DNA of 64,000 bases from contig QPMI01000498.1 of NCBI GenBank assembly GCA_004431415.1, positions 15,698-79,697 of the forward strand, read 5' to 3'. The notes under the pieces were generated by a model. The model saw nothing but the letters and a program-made list of their open reading frames with translations. It searched no databases and was not told where the DNA came from. Positions 61,017 through 64,000 of the stretch are shown here, piece after piece (within the stretch, counting starts at the first letter, position 1; every line of letters starts with the position of its first letter). Both the position numbers and the translations under genes were made by a program. Source of the stretch: Cyanophora paradoxa CCMP329 (Eukaryota; Plantae; Glaucophyta).

Positions 61017-62207
61017 ATCTACAAGTACAGCGGCGAGCTGGACGCGGCGACCGAGCTCCTCGACCGCGCCCTCTACTGCCTCGAGGCAGCCTGGTGCGGG
61101 CGGGGCGCGGGCACGGGCGCGGCGGGGCGGAGGATGCGTTGCGCTGCAGTTCGTTCACTTGGTTTTGAGCTCCGTCCCGGCAGGCACCCGCAGTTCAAGC
61201 CGGCGAGCGGCGCCTGCCGCCTCGACTTCGCAGTCATGGAGAACAAGTGCGCAGAGAACCCGTTGTACCCCGAGGATAACCTGTACCCTCCTCCGGACTC
61301 ACCCCGCCACCCCCCAGGGCCTGGTCTTCCGGCGCCTGCAGATGCTCATTCGCGGCGGCTGCTCCCGCACCTCCCTCGGTACCCCCTCGACCGCTTCCCC
61401 CTACTCGGATTCGAACCGAACGTCGTACCTCCAGAGACGGCCAAGCTGCTGCTTGCGCTGGACCCGACAGTGACCTGATGGGGGTGCTCCAGTGCATCGA
61501 CTACTTCGCCCTCCGCGCCAGGTACCCCATAACCTTCCCCCCCCCCCAACTCCCCCCCCCCCACCTCATTTTTCTTCAGGGAGTACAAGTTCCTTCTGGA
61601 GCTGGTGGCGGCGCCGGCGCTCCCGGGCGCTCCGCCTCGTTCGTGCGGGAGCCGCCCCTCTCGAGGCGGGAGCCGCCCCTCTTCCTCCCCATCGCCCTCA
61701 ACTCCTCGGGTACCCCACTTAGCCTCTCCCCCTTTTTTCCTGGCGCCGAGCCGGCTCGCAGCGTACGCGCTCATGCGCGTGGCGCGGGACGGCGGCGCCG
61801 CCCCGTCGACGAGCTGGTGCCCTGCGCCCCTCCGAATCTCCTCTAAGACTGAAGCGCGGCAGGTCCTCCGGCGCCTCTTCTCGCACACGCTGGACCCGCC
61901 TCGCCGGCGCCGCCCACGCCCTCTGCCGCGGCCCTCGCCGCCGCCCTCCTGCGGCAGGCGGTCCTCATGTACCCCGGCGCCGTCCGCCCCCTCCTCGAGA
62001 ACTACAACGTCAAGCCCGACTCCGGGTGCGGGGAGGGCGGGACTCCGACAAGGCGAGCGTCTTTCCTCTGAGCTTCTTTACTTTCCGAGTCCTGAGCGGC
62101 TCTCTCCTTGCTTCTTCGTTCACAGGGCGCCAGGGCTGGGCCGCCCTACACAGGCGGCCCCTCTTCGACGACGACGAGCCGGCCGCCAGCGTCGAGCTCC
62201 CGCCCCT
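61017..62207 (+). pseudogene. TCF25: TCF25 fragment copy
   Basis: Near-identical to 38645-39835. Confidence 0.8.
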
Positions 62208-64000
62208 GACTGCCGGGATCGGACCCTGGACGAGCTCAATGCTTTGAAGCAATTGCAATTCTTGAGCTCGGTGCGTTTCTTACAGCAACTTATCTTGCGA
62301 TTCTGCTCTCAATATGCTGTTAGGTGGCGCTCGAGTCGAGACGCTTGCAAAATAACAACGGGCTGGCACGACCGCCGGGTCTACATTCAAAGCGAAGTGT
62401 TGGGTCGACCGGGTCCTGGAGGTCCTGTTCTCCCCGCGCGCGCTGGGGTCGGGTGTGTGCAGTGCCACCACCTGCGCGATCCACAGCATGCGCACCATTT
62501 GTGGTCACGTCCACAGAGTGGTTCCGCGCGCCCGCGCGGGCGTCCTGACATCTTCGCGACGAAGAGCAGGCAAAAGGGCTACTGCAGCGGTGCAAGGCTT
62601 TTGTAGGACTGCAGATAGCCTGATTCCGCATGCAGCTATAGTCTAGGGTTCTACGACATCGTTGGTTTTGTATGAGATCAATTTCACGAGCCGAACTCTG
62701 TACCCTTCGATCGCAAGTTAGCCACCGTGGCTAACTTAGGGGGGAATGAACAGGGGGGAGAAGCGCAGGGGGGAAGAATAGGAAAAAAAGGAACTTCCGC
62801 GCGCCCGGCCATGCATGCAGCGCGCGAATTCCGTCCGCTGCGCATGCGCACTGCCGCGCGCACGCCGTGCTCAGCCCGCGGCGCCACGCCCGCCCCGCAG
62901 GCGTCTTCGCCGCGCCGCGCACGCGAGGAGTACACATCGCTTGCTTCATCGGCTCACCCGCGGCGCCGGCGGCGCGCTAGCTACACGCTTTCGCTTGTCC
63001 GAGGTACTCATCTTCGAATTCTGCAGCCGTCGCCCCATCCTCGGCAGCTGTAAGGCGGCGCGCAGGGACTCGAGCTCTCAACTATGGCGTCGCCCGGCGG
63101 GCCCAGCGCAAGCAGCTCTGAGCCAGTAGGTCCGTCCCGGAACCGCCCCTCGGACCTGCCTGGGCGCGCTGTCTTCCGATCCTGCTAAAAAACGTGTTTC
63201 GGGGCGACATTTTGGCACTATGTTCACTATGCCCGCGCGGCCATGGGCTCGGATCGGCCGGGGCCTTTTTCAAGCGATCGCCGGCGCCGCGTCCGTCGTC
63301 CGACGGTTCGCGCTAGCGATCTCCCCGGAGTACTCGGTACCAGGGCCTAGCGATCGCCGAAGCGATGAGAAGGCTCTCTGACCGGCGATCGCTTGCGCAG
63401 GAGCTGCTTCAAGTTCGTCGCACCAGCCAACGCCAACGCCTGCAGTGCGTGCCCGCCTCCCGTAGCGCTGTGGGCATGCTCGCATAGAGATTCTCTATTC
63501 AATGCGATCGCTACATCTCTGCCCCGCGCATAGAGCCTTCTCATTGCTCGGCGATCGCTTTGTGTTCGGCGCCATACCCAGCGGATCCGATCTCTAACAA
63601 AGAGCTGCTGGCGCGGCGATCGCTTCTGTGTTCTCAGTTCTAAACGGTCGCCGCGGGCTTGACGTCCACAGCCTTCTCATTGGCCAAGCGATCGCTGGTT
63701 TTTCGGTGTCTTATGCCCGTCTCCGCAGCATGCTGACCCGGAGAGAGGAGGCGGACCTCCCTACCCCCGGAGTGCCTCTTCGGGGGGAAAGAGAGGACGT
63801 GGACCTCCTTCCCCTCTCCCAGCCCTCTTCGGAGGGCCCCGCCCCCGCCCTTCCGCCCCCCCGGCCCCGCCTCCCCCCGGCCCCGCCCTCTCCCAGCCCC
63901 GCCTCTCCCCCCGGCCCCGCCCTCCCCCCGGCCCGCCCCGGGCCGGGCGCGCCCCTCCCCCCGGCCCGCCCCGGGCCCGGCCCGCCCCTCCCCTGGCCCC

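Larger units (their letters stand above)
36801..64000 (+). repeat. Head-to-tail tandem array of a chimeric ~3.75 kb unit with two 1.85 kb deleted units; runs off the window
   Basis: The landmark ttCACTAT occurs at 40862, 42707, 44555, 48322, 51992, 55733, 59473 and 63225 (spacings 1845, 1848, 3767, 3670, 3741, 3740, 3752). Confidence 0.97.

Noticed and set aside
37477-61478. Long Pro/Gly/Arg-rich ORFs of 200-530 aa on both strands of the array
   Set aside because: They arise from stop-poor C/G-rich repeats, and their frames differ among copies through homopolymer indels.
38900-62300. Copy-specific frameshifts as evidence of independent decay or programmed phase variation
   Set aside because: Nearly all lie in C/G homopolymers, the typical long-read consensus error.
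36801-64000. rDNA, histone or snRNA tandem array as the explanation
   Set aside because: No rRNA, histone or snRNA sequence was recognised in the unit.

Overview
GC-rich eukaryotic nuclear DNA with many short spliceosomal introns (mostly 60-200 nt, donors typically GTGCG/GTACC, some GC-AG). The style resembles a glaucophyte such as Cyanophora, but that is inference only. Most long ORFs in the supplied track are GC-driven artefacts, so gene models were rebuilt by hand-splicing and their boundaries are approximate. The left 36 kb is gene-rich. It holds two diverged tandem paralogues of a TPR-like family (<1-2911 and 6013-10426), separated by a decayed, intron-containing Ginger2-like integrase remnant (~3500-5335). 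It also holds an F-box/LRR/ankyrin gene (16702-11113, minus), small membrane-protein ORFs, a protein made of two adenylyl-cyclase-type ~6TM anchors with no catalytic domain (20477-25174), and a convergent ADCY10/sAC-like cyclase-STAND-TPR gene (35768-27177, minus). The right 27 kb (36801 to the window end) is a head-to-tail array of a chimeric ~3.75 kb unit, with two 1.85 kb deletion derivatives. Each full unit has: a CACTAT-starting segment with seven GCGATCGC sites and a 28-bp inverted repeat around a 154-bp loop; three ~330-bp C-rich subrepeats; a captured intron-containing, frameshifted TCF25/Rqc1 fragment; a second gene 3' fragment; and a perfect 24-bp palindrome. At the array's left edge that 154-bp loop is present in four copies with three different junctions. 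Copy-to-copy differences are mostly homopolymer indels, so long-read error is likely.
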